A stretch of DNA of 64,000 nucleotides, taken from the NCBI GenBank assembly GCA_964412455.1, contig CAYPOT010000009.1, positions 5,179 through 69,178 on the forward strand. Direction: 5' to 3'. Below, one piece after another: positions 35,335 through 45,620 of the stretch. The translations under genes and the position numbers were made by a program. How positions within the stretch are numbered: the stretch's first letter is position 1; each line of letters opens with the position of its first letter. Source of the DNA: an uncultured Nitrospiraceae bacterium (GTDB lineage Bacteria > Nitrospirota > UBA9217). The notes under the pieces were generated by a model. It made no database searches, was not told where the DNA came from, and was given only the letters and a program-made list of their open reading frames with translations.

Positions 35335-36240
35335 TCAAATGGCCTCTTTCAGGTTCAACACGCTCCAGTAATCGAACACCGGACCGGACAGACAGGTATA
35401 GGTCGAACCCACGTTGCAGCGGCAGCACTTGCCCATGCCGCAGTGCATTCTCCGTTCGAGGGAAACGAACATCTTTTGCATGGGGATGCCGAGCTCAGCG
35501 AGCAACGTGCAGACCGATTTGAACATGATCGGCGGGCCGCAGACGATGGCGAACGTATTGTCGATGAACGAGGCGGAGCGGTCCTTGCTGATGTCCCCGA
35601 GGACCCTGGTGGTGAACCCGACCGGGCCGGTCCACGCCGCGTCCGCCTTCTCGACAATGACATGAAGGTCGATGTCGTCTTTTTTCCACATCTCATACTG
35701 GTATTTGAACAGGAGTTTCGCCGGGTTCTTGGTGCCGTACACAATGTCCACGTGGTCGAACATGCTCCGGTGTTCCTGCACATGGGCAATGGGCGAACGC
35801 AATGGCACCAGTCCGAGCCCCCCGGCGATCAGCAGGATGTTCCCGCCGTGCATGCGCTCCATGGGGAAGCTGGTGCCGAAGGGGCCGCGGATGCCCACGC
35901 GCGTTCCCCGCTGGGCGCGCGCGAGGACACCGGTGAGATTTCCCACCACGCGGATGCAGAGCTCGATGTCCTCGTGGTTGCTCGACGAGGACGAGATGGA
36001 GAACGGCGCCTCGCCCACCCCGGGGATCTCGAGCATGATGAACTGGCCCGGACTGAAGGAAAAGTGCTTCCGGTCCTCGGCGTCCATGATCCGGACCCGG
36101 TAGAGGTTTTCCTGCTCCGTCAGGGCGTATACGCTGGTGATCTCGGCCTTGTAGGTGAACTCGAAGCTGTCGAGGTCGCCCTTCCGGTGGAACTTGTGGC
36201 GGTGCGGGGTCACGCTATGGAACGCGAGACGGTGGTCCAT
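35335..36240 (-). CDS. Hydrogenase gamma subunit (FAD/NAD(P)-binding, 2Fe-2S)
   Basis: Ferredoxin-reductase-like fold ([20 protein letters not shown]; [10 protein letters not shown]) and C-terminal CGMGKCCRC. Confidence 0.75.
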   Translation of the reverse strand: MDHRLAFHSVTPHRHKFHRKGDLDSFEFTYKAEITSVYALTEQENLYRVRIMDAEDRKHFSFSPGQFIMLEIPGVGEAPFSISSSSSNHEDIELCIRVVGNLTGVLARAQRGTRVGIRGPFGTSFPMERMHGGNILLIAGGLGLVPLRSPIAHVQEHRSMFDHVDIVYGTKNPAKLLFKYQYEMWKKDDIDLHVIVEKADAAWTGPVGFTTRVLGDISKDRSASFIDNTFAIVCGPPIMFKSVCTLLAELGIPMQKMFVSLERRMHCGMGKCCRCNVGSTYTCLSGPVFDYWSVLNLKEAI

Positions 36241-36241
36241 A

Positions 36242-37285
36242 TCACTGCTCCTCTCCCCGGACGCTTGCGATCACCTCGGGGACCGTGATGCCGGCAAGAC
36301 AGGCCTCGCCGCAGCGTCCGCAGCCCACGCAGAGGGACTCTTCATAGGCCTCGACGAACCCGCGGTGCTTGTGATAATAGCGGTACTTGAGCCGGGAACT
36401 GCGCTCCGGCCGGAAATTGTGGCCCCCGGCCACCTCGGCGAAGTCCACGACGTTGCAGGAATAGAGCGTTTTGGTCTTCCGCGCCGTTTTCAGGTCCGAG
36501 GCCACGGTCTCTTCGACGCCGTAGCAATAGCAGGTGGGGCAGACGTTGGCGCAGGTCCCGCAGCCCAGGCACTTGTCGCCCCACTGCTTCCAGACCGGGG
36601 ACTGGAACTCCATGTCCAGGATCTTGGTGAGGTCCGTGGTGTCCACGTGCGTCGTGAACAGCTTGTTCTTCTCCGCCACGGTCCTCATGTACTGCAGGTG
36701 GTCCGCTTCTTTCGGCGTTTCCGTTTTCAGGTCCTTGCTGATCGCGTAGGCCTCGGCTGACAGGATCTCGATGAAATATTTGTCGCCCATATCAGTGAGG
36801 AAGAGGTCGAACCCGTGGAGCACGGTGTCGGCGCCCATGGAACGGCAGAAGCAGAAGGGCTGGGGCCGGCAGTCCATGCCGATGATGAACATGTTCTTCC
36901 GCTTGGCGGCATAGTAGGGCATGGGATAGACGGAGCCCATCAGCACCTTGTCGAGCTTGTTGAGGGCGTTGATGTCGCAGGCATGAAGACCGAAGAACAC
37001 ATAGGGCCGGTCGATATGATAGTCTCTGTCCTTGGTCCAGTCCCTGCCGGAGATCTTGAAGGTCGCGAGGTCCTCGCGGAAGGGGAGGAAGTACCGTTTC
37101 GCGGGAAGCCTGGTCGCGGTGTAGCCCAGGTCGAGTTTCCGGTAGTCCGCGACCTGCTCGAAGGCGTAAAGGGGCGCGCCGTTCCGGTCCACGCCTGTCC
37201 GCACCGGCCCGACGACCGGGTTCTTTTCGGCGAGCAGGTCAAAGAGGGCTTTCATCTCTGTTTTTTCTGCAATGCGGAACAACAT
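36242..37285 (-). CDS. Hydrogenase beta subunit (4Fe-4S dicluster protein)
   Basis: [16 protein letters not shown] and [11 protein letters not shown] ferredoxin motifs. Start set at the internal ATG ([15 protein letters not shown]). The beta-gamma-delta-alpha gene order matches sulfhydrogenase-type operons. Confidence 0.72.
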   Translation of the reverse strand: MLFRIAEKTEMKALFDLLAEKNPVVGPVRTGVDRNGAPLYAFEQVADYRKLDLGYTATRLPAKRYFLPFREDLATFKISGRDWTKDRDYHIDRPYVFFGLHACDINALNKLDKVLMGSVYPMPYYAAKRKNMFIIGMDCRPQPFCFCRSMGADTVLHGFDLFLTDMGDKYFIEILSAEAYAISKDLKTETPKEADHLQYMRTVAEKNKLFTTHVDTTDLTKILDMEFQSPVWKQWGDKCLGCGTCANVCPTCYCYGVEETVASDLKTARKTKTLYSCNVVDFAEVAGGHNFRPERSSRLKYRYYHKHRGFVEAYEESLCVGCGRCGEACLAGITVPEVIASVRGEEQ

Positions 37286-37411
37286 GGCCGGTGTCCTTGT
37301 GTCGCTGTGACGATGGAGATGGTCCGGAATGACTGTATTGACCTGACCCGGACAAGCCGGAACCAAATATGCCACGAAGTCGCTAAGGCACAAAGAATGC
37401 AAAATCTATTA

Positions 37412-37481
37412 GCCGCAAAGAGGCACAAAAAGCACAAAAAAGCCCATTCCTATTTTTGCGTCTCTTGCGCTTTTTTGCGGC
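37412..37481. repeat. Heptamer-array inverted repeat (GCACAAA units)
   Basis: GCCGCAAAGAGGCACAAAAAGCACAAAAAAGC versus TTTTTGCGTCTCTTGCGCTTTTTTGCGGC. Confidence 0.65.
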
Positions 37482-37606
37482 AAAGATTCTTGCCCTTTTG
37501 ACTAGAATTTGATTCCTTAGTTCCTAAGTATAGCACAGGCAGGCAGGGGGATGCCGGTGATGGTTGCAGGATCATGATTTCAAGGGAAGGATGACGGCGG
37601 CAGCGG

Positions 37607-39556
37607 TCAGGACAGGCTCTGGACGAGATCGTAGAGGACCGGATAATCTCCGCGCGCGTTTCCGGTCTCCGACCGGAGCAGCCGGAGCGCCTCGGGAACG
37701 TACTTCAGGAAGTACTTCTTGCCCTTCTCGACAGAAAGGAACCCGTAGGCGCCGAGGGCCTGCATGTGGCGCTGGAGGCGGCAGGGGAGGAGCGTGTCAA
37801 GGAACGCGATCTCATCGAACTCCCGGGCCTCCTTGTTCATCCCCTCAATATAGTGCGCGACCAGCCGTTCACGCATGGTGTCGTCAAGCCGGTGGTAGGG
37901 GTCCCAGAGGATGGACGCGATATCGTAGGCAGGCGGGGCCATGCGCGCGCCCTGGAAATCGATAACATGAGGAGCGCCCCGCCGGACCATGATGTTCTGG
38001 CTCTGGAAGTCGCGATGAATGATCACCGGCAGGAAGGAATTGACGGTCTTCGCGAGAAGGTGGAGTTCCTCGTCCAGGGCCTTGCGATCGGAGATCTTCG
38101 CTTTTCGCAGACCCGTGACGAACCGTTCAAGAAAATAGGACGTCTCCCATCTCAGGTGGTCGTAGTCGAATATTCGCGACGCCAGGATCGGGCAGTCGAC
38201 CACATGTTCCGAGGCCCGGCTGTGGAGCTTGACCAGGATGTCGAGAACGCGGCGATACAGTGCCTCGACCACCTCGGCATCGTGAGGAAATCTGAGGTAG
38301 GAGTGCAGGGAAAGGTCGCCGAGGTCCTCGAAGAGCGCCCGCCTGCCCGGCTCATCCGTTCCGAGCAGCTGCGGGACCGGGATCCCCTGGGCATGGAAGA
38401 ACTTGGCGTAAAGGAGATGGCGCTCATAGTCGGGGTCGTCGCGTTTGCACTCCATCATGACCGCCGTCATTTCGCCTTTCAGCACGCGGAAATACCGGCG
38501 GTCCGAACCGCCGAGGCCGATGAGGACCGCTTTCGCGATGCTTCCCTTTCCCGCAGCCGGCGCTTCGAAGAAGGAGAAAAGGGGGCCTGCGAGGCCGACG
38601 TCCTTTCTCATCGCCGCCTGCGTCGATGGCTGCATCTCGACCTCCGTGAGCGGGAGCTCATAGCCGGGCCCGATGATGCAGTTCTCGTGGGCGCCCGTGA
38701 CCTCCGCGCCCGGCATGACGACGCAGTTCCGGAGGCGGCTGCCGCCCCGTACGGAACTGTTCTGTTCGATCACGGCATAGCCGTCCACGTCGATCTCGCC
38801 GACCCGCGCCGAGTGGGAGCAAAAGACCGTTTCACCGATCATCCCGAGCGTGTCAAGGACGGCGGCGGTGTAGCTCGCGGGCGTGCCGATATCGCTCCAG
38901 TAGGAGCCGGTGAAGTCCAGGGTCTTCACCTTGTAGCCGGCCTTCGACGCTGCGATCCATGCTTCCGTGGCGTGGGAGACACCGGGTGACAGGAACCGGA
39001 GGATGTCGGGCGAATAGACCGCGACGCCGGTGTAGGCGACCTTCCTCGCGATGCGCGCCGGATCGGGCCGCGAGGCGCCGGGATTCTCCACGTCGATCAC
39101 GCAGTCATTATCGTCGATGACGACATTGCTCAGGTCGGGATGCCGGTGGGTCACGAGCGTGGCGATGTTGCCCGAGGCGAAATGGTCCTCCACGAGCTTG
39201 TTGAACGAGATGTCCAGCAGGATGTCCGCGTTATGGACGATAAAATGTCCGCCGGCGAGAAATGATTCGGCGTTCTTGAGCGCGCCGCCGGTGCCCAGAA
39301 TGGTATTTTCCTGAAAGAACGTGACCTGATCCGCATAGGGCGAGCCCTGGAACCATTCGCGGATCATCTCCGGCTTGTGATGGAGGTTGACGCCGATCTG
39401 CCCCTCGCAGATGGAGGTGAGCTTTCCGAGGATTATCCCGATGAGGGGCCTGCCGAGAAGCGGCAGCAGCGGCTTCGGGATGTGGTTCGTGACCGGCCTG
39501 AGCCGTTCGCCGAGGCCGGCCGCGGGGAGGAATATGTTAAGAGGTATTTTCGGCAT
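37607..39556 (-). CDS. Fusion of a sugar-1-phosphate nucleotidyltransferase and an aminoglycoside-phosphotransferase-type kinase (MurU/AmgK-like)
   Basis: N-terminus LPAAGLGERLRPVTNHIPKPLLPL (NTP-transferase). The C-terminal half has an APH/kinase pattern (IHRDFQSQNIMV...VIDFQGA). Confidence 0.6.
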   Translation of the reverse strand: MPKIPLNIFLPAAGLGERLRPVTNHIPKPLLPLLGRPLIGIILGKLTSICEGQIGVNLHHKPEMIREWFQGSPYADQVTFFQENTILGTGGALKNAESFLAGGHFIVHNADILLDISFNKLVEDHFASGNIATLVTHRHPDLSNVVIDDNDCVIDVENPGASRPDPARIARKVAYTGVAVYSPDILRFLSPGVSHATEAWIAASKAGYKVKTLDFTGSYWSDIGTPASYTAAVLDTLGMIGETVFCSHSARVGEIDVDGYAVIEQNSSVRGGSRLRNCVVMPGAEVTGAHENCIIGPGYELPLTEVEMQPSTQAAMRKDVGLAGPLFSFFEAPAAGKGSIAKAVLIGLGGSDRRYFRVLKGEMTAVMMECKRDDPDYERHLLYAKFFHAQGIPVPQLLGTDEPGRRALFEDLGDLSLHSYLRFPHDAEVVEALYRRVLDILVKLHSRASEHVVDCPILASRIFDYDHLRWETSYFLERFVTGLRKAKISDRKALDEELHLLAKTVNSFLPVIIHRDFQSQNIMVRRGAPHVIDFQGARMAPPAYDIASILWDPYHRLDDTMRERLVAHYIEGMNKEAREFDEIAFLDTLLPCRLQRHMQALGAYGFLSVEKGKKYFLKYVPEALRLLRSETGNARGDYPVLYDLVQSLS

Positions 39557-39670
39557 AGGTCTTTACTTCAGGAGACAGGAGCCAGGAGTCAGGAGTCCAG
39601 AAGAAAAGCGGGTACCGGCCTTCCTCCTGCATTCAGAATCTCGATTACGTATGATTGTTCAGTAAAAAAA

Positions 39671-39753
39671 GTCGTCATACCCGCGAAAGCGGGTATCCAG
39701 GGAGCAAGAATATGCTAGAGAATACTGGATTCCCGTTTACACGGGAATGACGG
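39671..39753. repeat. Family C hairpin repeats, inverted pair
   Basis: GTCGTCATACCCGCGAAAGCGGGTATCCAGGG ... CTGGATTCCCGTTTACACGGGAATGACGG. Confidence 0.75.
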
Positions 39754-39787
39754 AATATACAAGAAGTCGACTTTTTTTGCGAGTTCA

Positions 39788-40972
39788 TCACGTATACAAT
39801 AAGTATTTTTTCCTGATCTTCTCGAACTCCTTCAGCTCGTCCTTCCACCACACTTCCATGTCCCTGATGTCCTTCCAGGATTCGATGTCCGTCCGGAGCT
39901 GCCCGCTGCCGGCAAGGATATCGATCGGCATCTTTATCTCTTCATATTCATAGGGAGGTTGTTTCCAGGCGAAGTCCCTCGGCCAGGTATTATGGACCGC
40001 CTTCAGGATGGCAACGCCGGTCTTGAAGGGCTTGAACTTTTCCCGGTCCGTTACGTGGATCTGGGCGCCGCCGCAGAGGATGCCTGTGTGCTTCTGAAAG
40101 GTCGGCTCGAAAAAAAGCGGACGGAACATCACGCCGGGAAGCTTGAACTCCCGGAGCTGGTCCACAAGGGTCTGCGGGTGGATGAAGGGAGCGCCGAAGA
40201 TCTCGAAGGGGCGCGTCGTGCCGCGACCTTCGGACAGGTTCGTTCCCTCCAGGAGGCACATCCCGGGATAGACGAGCGCCGCGTCCAACGTCGGCATGTT
40301 GGGCGAAGGCATGACCCAGGGGAGCAGGGTCTGGTCGAACCATGACTTCCGCTTCCAGCCCTGCATGGGGACCACGCGGTAGTGGATGCCGGGATGGAAG
40401 GTGTCCTCAAGGTAATGACCGATCTCCCCGATGGTCATGCCGTGCCGGACGGGGAGCGGTCTGAGGCCGACAAAGGAATGGTAGCCCTGCCGCAGGACCG
40501 GTCCTTCGGTGATATGCCCGCCGATGGGGTTCGGCCGATCCAGAACAACGACCGTTTTCCCCGCCTCGCGGCAGGCCTGCATGCAGAGGTCGAGGGTCCA
40601 GATGAAGGTGTAATAGCGGGTGCCCACGTCCTGGAGGTCGATGGCCAGGACGTCGATGTTCTCGAGCATGGCGGCAGTTGGTTTGCGTACGGACCCATAA
40701 AGGCTGGCGACCGGCAGGTCCGTGGCCGTATCGCGGAAGCCCTCCCATTCGACCATATTGTCCTGGGTCTGGCCGTAGATCCCGTGCTGCGGGCCGAAGA
40801 GTGCGGCGAGCCGGAACTTCTTCGAGCGGCGGAAAACGTCCACTGCGTGCCCGATCTTCCGGTCCACACTGGCGGGATGCGCCACGAGACCGACGCGCGC
40901 GCCTTTCAGGTCCCTGGGCCAGAGCTTCTCGACGAGGTCGAGGCCGGTGAGTGTTGCTTTCTTGACGGCCAT
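39788..40972 (-). CDS. DUF1343-family protein (NamZ-like exo-beta-N-acetylmuramidase)
   Basis: LKGARVGLVAHPASV...DLQDVGTRYYTFIWT... is typical DUF1343 sequence. Confidence 0.65.
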   Translation of the reverse strand: MAVKKATLTGLDLVEKLWPRDLKGARVGLVAHPASVDRKIGHAVDVFRRSKKFRLAALFGPQHGIYGQTQDNMVEWEGFRDTATDLPVASLYGSVRKPTAAMLENIDVLAIDLQDVGTRYYTFIWTLDLCMQACREAGKTVVVLDRPNPIGGHITEGPVLRQGYHSFVGLRPLPVRHGMTIGEIGHYLEDTFHPGIHYRVVPMQGWKRKSWFDQTLLPWVMPSPNMPTLDAALVYPGMCLLEGTNLSEGRGTTRPFEIFGAPFIHPQTLVDQLREFKLPGVMFRPLFFEPTFQKHTGILCGGAQIHVTDREKFKPFKTGVAILKAVHNTWPRDFAWKQPPYEYEEIKMPIDILAGSGQLRTDIESWKDIRDMEVWWKDELKEFEKIRKKYLLYT

Positions 40973-41061
40973 GAGCGGATTATAGGTTGGATCAGTCCGG
41001 ATGGCAACAGAAATTTCCCCGCCCGGTTGAAAAAAGCGGAAGTATCCTCTATAATGCCGCC

Positions 41062-41268
41062 ATGATATACAAGGTTGTGGAGACGTGCACCGTCACGGAC
41101 GTCGAGATCGAACGCATTCTGAACGAGTGGACCGGGCGGGGGTACTCGTTCGCCAGCATTCAATTCGTCAGCACCGAGGCTTCGCGCAGGCCGGGGATGG
41201 CCTTTGTCTTCTTCACGCAACGGGAAGAGGGCGATCCCGCGGGCACGGCAGGGAGGACGGCCACGTGA
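41062..41268 (+). CDS. Small hypothetical protein (DUF4177-like?)
   Basis: 68 aa from ATG 41062 (MIYKVVETCTVTDVEIERILNEWTGRGYSF). Confidence 0.3.
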   Translation: MIYKVVETCTVTDVEIERILNEWTGRGYSFASIQFVSTEASRRPGMAFVFFTQREEGDPAGTAGRTAT

Positions 41269-41448
41269 CCGTTCACCCTGTTCTCACTGCGTTTTGACAG
41301 GACATGCGGCACCTTCCTCTTGCCAAGAGCGGGGGAAGTATCGTATACTGTGCATGCCTTGTTTCTCCCTTCTCCGTTCAGGGAGCATCTCGCACAGGGA
41401 CGTAATTTCGCCCGCGCCGGTATGGCGGAAGTAAAGGACATCTTATCT

Positions 41449-42108
41449 ATGAAACGAAGTACGATCGCTCTCGCTCTTATCTTGTCGCTGCTGTCCCTTG
41501 CCGCCGTGGGCTTCAATGGCTGCGGGAAAGGGAACACCATCACCTCGATCACCGTGACGCCGGCAGCGCCGTTCATTGTCAAGGACACGGCGCTGCAGCT
41601 TTCCGTTACCGCTCATTTCTCCGACGGGATGACTTTGTCCTCGTGGACCCAGGTAACATGGCAATCATCGGACACCGCTGTCGCGACCGTCAGCGGCGCC
41701 GGGCTTGTCACCGCGGGTACAGCTACAACAGGTACGGTCGTTATCACGGCGATCGATAAAGCCCACCCGGAGATCACGGCCAGCGTTACTGCCACCATTG
41801 TTGATCTTACTTCTATAGAAATAAAGCCATTGAGTGCGGATGCATTCATCAGCGCCGGGACATCAACGCAATTTACCGCAACGGGGACGTACTCAGCCGG
41901 GACTACCGGGCCGTCAAACCTGACGGAGTTGGTCTCCTGGGCTTCGTCGAGCACCAATATCGCGGTGATCAGCAATGTTACGGAATCGAAGGGGATCGCC
42001 ACTGCAGGAACAACGACAGGAACAACGACGATCACGGCAAAAGTTTTGGCGACAAGCATAACGGGAACACCCATAATAGGAACCGAGACATTGACAGTCG
42101 TTCCCTAG
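41449..42108 (+). CDS. Lipoprotein with bacterial Ig-like (Big_2-type) repeats
   Basis: Signal peptide with lipobox (FNGC). Two ITVTPA...LQLSVTAHFSDG / IEIKPL...TQFTATGTYS Ig-like units. Confidence 0.65.
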   Translation: MKRSTIALALILSLLSLAAVGFNGCGKGNTITSITVTPAAPFIVKDTALQLSVTAHFSDGMTLSSWTQVTWQSSDTAVATVSGAGLVTAGTATTGTVVITAIDKAHPEITASVTATIVDLTSIEIKPLSADAFISAGTSTQFTATGTYSAGTTGPSNLTELVSWASSSTNIAVISNVTESKGIATAGTTTGTTTITAKVLATSITGTPIIGTETLTVVP

Positions 42109-42134
42109 GAGCGTTCCGCTGCGGCAGGTGATCC

Positions 42135-42815
42135 ATGAACGTCCTCATCATCCAGAACGTGACGTCCGAGGGTCCCGGCACCATCGCGGACCACCTACAT
42201 ACGACGAATACTCCCTTTACCTGCATCGACCTCGAACAAGGTCAATCCCTCCCGCCTATCGACGCATTCACCCACCTCACTATCATGGGCGGTCCCATGG
42301 CGGTCTATGAGATGGACCGCACGCCCTACCTCAAGGACGAGGCTGCTTTCATCGAGAAGGCGATCAAAGCGGGCACGCATGTGCTCGGCGTCTGCCTGGG
42401 AGCGCAGCTGCTCGCCCATGTCCTCGGCGCCCGCGTCTATCCCGGCGGCACGCAAGAGGTCGGCTGGGGAGAGGTGACGCTCACCGGCGAGGGCATGGGG
42501 GACCGGTGCATGCGGTACCTCGCTGTTGACGGAAGGAATATCTCGCAGGTCTTCCAGTGGCATGGTGACACCTTCGACCTGCCCGAGGGCGCGGTGAGGC
42601 TCGCGTCATCGGACGTCTATCCAAACCAGGCATTTCGTTATGGCGACCGCGTCTACGCGCTCCAGTTCCACATCGAGGTCACGCCGGCTATCGTGAGCGG
42701 CTGGCTCAGGAATGAACAAGGGATCGATCTTCCCGTGATCGACAAACGGTCGCAGGAGATCTACGGCCCTTATCGCGAACGGGCAGAGGGTTTTTACAAG
42801 AGTTTTTTCCAGTAG
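42135..42815 (+). CDS. Class I glutamine amidotransferase-like protein
   Basis: GVCLGAQLLA nucleophile elbow and a later QFHIE motif. Confidence 0.75.
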   Translation: MNVLIIQNVTSEGPGTIADHLHTTNTPFTCIDLEQGQSLPPIDAFTHLTIMGGPMAVYEMDRTPYLKDEAAFIEKAIKAGTHVLGVCLGAQLLAHVLGARVYPGGTQEVGWGEVTLTGEGMGDRCMRYLAVDGRNISQVFQWHGDTFDLPEGAVRLASSDVYPNQAFRYGDRVYALQFHIEVTPAIVSGWLRNEQGIDLPVIDKRSQEIYGPYRERAEGFYKSFFQ

Positions 42816-42890
42816 ACCGCCTGCGCGCAATTCCCTGTCCGTCATCGCGCCGATTGCATTCACACTATTATTTGGCGGATATTGTTTTGT

Positions 42891-42919
42891 TTGACAGCGC
42901 CGGGATTAGTTGCTATACT
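42891..42919 (+). promoter_or_regulatory. Sigma70-type promoter
   Basis: TTGACA (42891-42896), 17 nt, TATACT (42914-42919). Confidence 0.55.
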
Positions 42920-42977
42920 TTTAAAACCGTTAAGGGATTATCGGTGAGACCAATTCGGCGATCATAAGGAGGAGAAG

Positions 42978-45566
42978 ATGAAAAGCATCAAATGGCTCTT
43001 TGCAGGTGTGCTGCTTCTGGGTATTTCGTTCGTCCTTGCGGCATGCGGAGGAGGCGGAGGTGGAGGAAGCGCCCCACCGGCGACGTACACCATTTCGGGC
43101 GTGGTAAGCGGCGCCACCACGACGGGGGTGACGATCAACCTGACCGGCGCGTCAACGGCGACTACGACCACCGCTACGGACGGGAGCTACAGTTTCACGG
43201 GGCTCGCGAACGGTAGTTATACGGTGACACCATCCAAGTCCTTGTTTACCTTCAATCCAACAAGTTTGGCTGTAAGCGTGAGCGGTGCGAACGTGACCGG
43301 CAGGAACTTTACGGCCATATCCAACCCAACTGGTATAACCTACAGCATTTCCGGTACGGTAAGCGGGGCCAGCGGTGTGACGATCAACCTGAGCGGCGAC
43401 AACACCGGATCCGTGGTAACGGGCGGGACATACACTTTCTCCGGCCTTGTGGCAGGGAGCTACACGGTGACACCTTCCCTCTCCGGTTATACATTCAGCC
43501 CCACAAATAGAGCCATAACGTTGTCAGCGGATTCAACGGCGAATGATTTCGTTGCGATGGCGATACCGGTGGCCTACAGCATCTCCGGCAATGTCAGCGG
43601 CACAACGGGCGTGACAATCACTGTGACCGGCGGCACGGCCAATACGGGCGCCATCACTGACGGTTCTGGCAACTACACCGTCACGGGCCTCTATGACGGA
43701 AACTACACGGTCACGCCGTCCAAGACGGGATTTACGTTCAACCCAATTAGTACCGCCGTACCCATTAGCGGTGCGAACGTGACCGGCAAGAACTTTACGG
43801 CTACGGCCAATACCGCGCCCACCTACACCCTTTCCGGCGCGGTAAGCGGTCCTTATTTCGAGGGCGTGACGATCACGATGACCGGTGACGGGACCGGGAC
43901 GACGACCACCAACGCGAGCGGAAATTACAGCTTTGCGAACCTGCCGGCGGGGACGTATACCCTTACCCCGTCTCTGGCGGGCTACACCTACAGCCCTGCC
44001 GCTCCGGCGGTTGCTGTCAGCGCAAACACGGTACAGAACTTCACTGCTTCGTCAGCGGTAGTTTCCTATAGCATCTCCGGCACGGTGAGCGAGACCACCG
44101 CGAAGACCGGCCGTATCTATATCCAGGCGTACTGGAGCACCTGCCCGGATTGCGGTCCCGTCGCGGGAACGAGCCTTGCCTCCGCGGGGACGTACACGAT
44201 CAGAGGCCTCCAGTCCGGAGACTATGTGGTGGTTGCGGGAATGGATTATATGGACACGGGAGCAATAAATGCCACTAACCCGGCTGGGGGTCCGGTTGCG
44301 GCTACTATTGCATCGGCCAATCTTGCCGGTGTCAACATTACTGTCGCCGACCGGACGCTCCCTGCGCCGGTAACCCCGACCGGGCTGATGATCTTTCCGT
44401 CAAGCGGCGCGGCATTTGTTGTCTGGGATACGCCTTGGAATGCTAACTACGAAGAGATCGCTACATCGTATAAGATTTACTGGGGCACGGACACTGCCGC
44501 ATCGAACGGCGGTACCATAACCGTCGCCGCGCGTGACGATGCCCACTATCTCCAGGCCGGCCTCACCAACGGTGCCATGTATTACAAGATAACCGCGCTG
44601 GTGGACGCCACGGAAAGCACGGCGTCTACGGTAGTAGCGGTGACCATCGGCGCCACGACCGGAGCCAACACCGTGTCCGGCACGGTCACTTTCCCCGGAA
44701 CGGCCACGGGACCGATGGTGGTCGGCGTATACAGCGATACCATCGGTATTTATTTCACCACCATCGCGAGTCCCGTGAGCCCCCAGTCGTACAGCGTTGC
44801 CGGGGTCACTGACGGGAGCTACGATGTTTTCGCCGTCATTGACATGAACAGCAACGGAGTGTTTGGCAGCGGGGATATAGGCAGCACGGAGGACAATCCG
44901 GTTACGGTGAGCGGCAACACCAACACAACGAAGAACCTCACCCTCTCCTCGGCCAGCGCGAGCGCCAAAGTCACCACGGACCACCAGTTCGATGGGACGA
45001 ACCACAACTACCAGGTCCAGTCCGAAGTGGAGGATGGGGTCAAACGCGCTGTTGCCGTGACGCTGGTCTCGGGTCTGAACGTGGCCGTGCCGTCCGACAT
45101 GGGCAAGGAATGGAACTTCCAGATGAATCAGTGGCTTGGCGCCACAAGCCCGACCGTGGGGGATAGCTATGTATTCAAGGTGACCTACTCCGACGCGACC
45201 ACTGAGACCCTATCGGGCAGCGTGACCGCGGTGCTCGGAACGACTGCTATGGCGCAGAACCTGGCAGCCGTGACAGATGGGACGGGTGGCAGCAGCGCTT
45301 CGGTTCCGTTGTTCACCTGGGCCGCGCCCGCATCTCCCCCGGCGACCTACACTTATAGAGTGAATCTCTATGGCAATGACGCTAACTGGTGGTACCCGCA
45401 GGATAACGGTCTGCCGAGCACGACGACTCCGCTTCAAGTGCTGTATAATGCGGATGGCCGGGCTTCCAAAGCAAGCCTGACGCAGGGGACCACGTACACC
45501 TGGCAAGTTAAAGTTCAAGACGCCGCTAGGAATAGCGCGACGCGTCAAGCCACCTACAGTTATTAG
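42978..45566 (+). CDS. Large secreted lipoprotein with five carboxypeptidase-regulatory/Cna-B-like repeats and an FN3-like region
   Basis: Lipobox (VLAAC) and a poly-Gly linker. Repeats follow Y(S/T)ISG-VSG...GSGNY(T/S)F-GL--G-YTVTPS--G(Y/F)TF-P. Confidence 0.7.
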   Translation: MKSIKWLFAGVLLLGISFVLAACGGGGGGGSAPPATYTISGVVSGATTTGVTINLTGASTATTTTATDGSYSFTGLANGSYTVTPSKSLFTFNPTSLAVSVSGANVTGRNFTAISNPTGITYSISGTVSGASGVTINLSGDNTGSVVTGGTYTFSGLVAGSYTVTPSLSGYTFSPTNRAITLSADSTANDFVAMAIPVAYSISGNVSGTTGVTITVTGGTANTGAITDGSGNYTVTGLYDGNYTVTPSKTGFTFNPISTAVPISGANVTGKNFTATANTAPTYTLSGAVSGPYFEGVTITMTGDGTGTTTTNASGNYSFANLPAGTYTLTPSLAGYTYSPAAPAVAVSANTVQNFTASSAVVSYSISGTVSETTAKTGRIYIQAYWSTCPDCGPVAGTSLASAGTYTIRGLQSGDYVVVAGMDYMDTGAINATNPAGGPVAATIASANLAGVNITVADRTLPAPVTPTGLMIFPSSGAAFVVWDTPWNANYEEIATSYKIYWGTDTAASNGGTITVAARDDAHYLQAGLTNGAMYYKITALVDATESTASTVVAVTIGATTGANTVSGTVTFPGTATGPMVVGVYSDTIGIYFTTIASPVSPQSYSVAGVTDGSYDVFAVIDMNSNGVFGSGDIGSTEDNPVTVSGNTNTTKNLTLSSASASAKVTTDHQFDGTNHNYQVQSEVEDGVKRAVAVTLVSGLNVAVPSDMGKEWNFQMNQWLGATSPTVGDSYVFKVTYSDATTETLSGSVTAVLGTTAMAQNLAAVTDGTGGSSASVPLFTWAAPASPPATYTYRVNLYGNDANWWYPQDNGLPSTTTPLQVLYNADGRASKASLTQGTTYTWQVKVQDAARNSATRQATYSY

Positions 45567-45593
45567 CGAATCTGTGATAAAGCCGTAAATATA

Positions 45594-45620
45594 AAAGGGG
45601 CCTTCGGGCCCCTTTTTTTT
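45594..45620 (+). terminator. Rho-independent terminator
   Basis: AGGGGCC-TTCG-GGCCCCT hairpin followed by T8. Confidence 0.85.
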
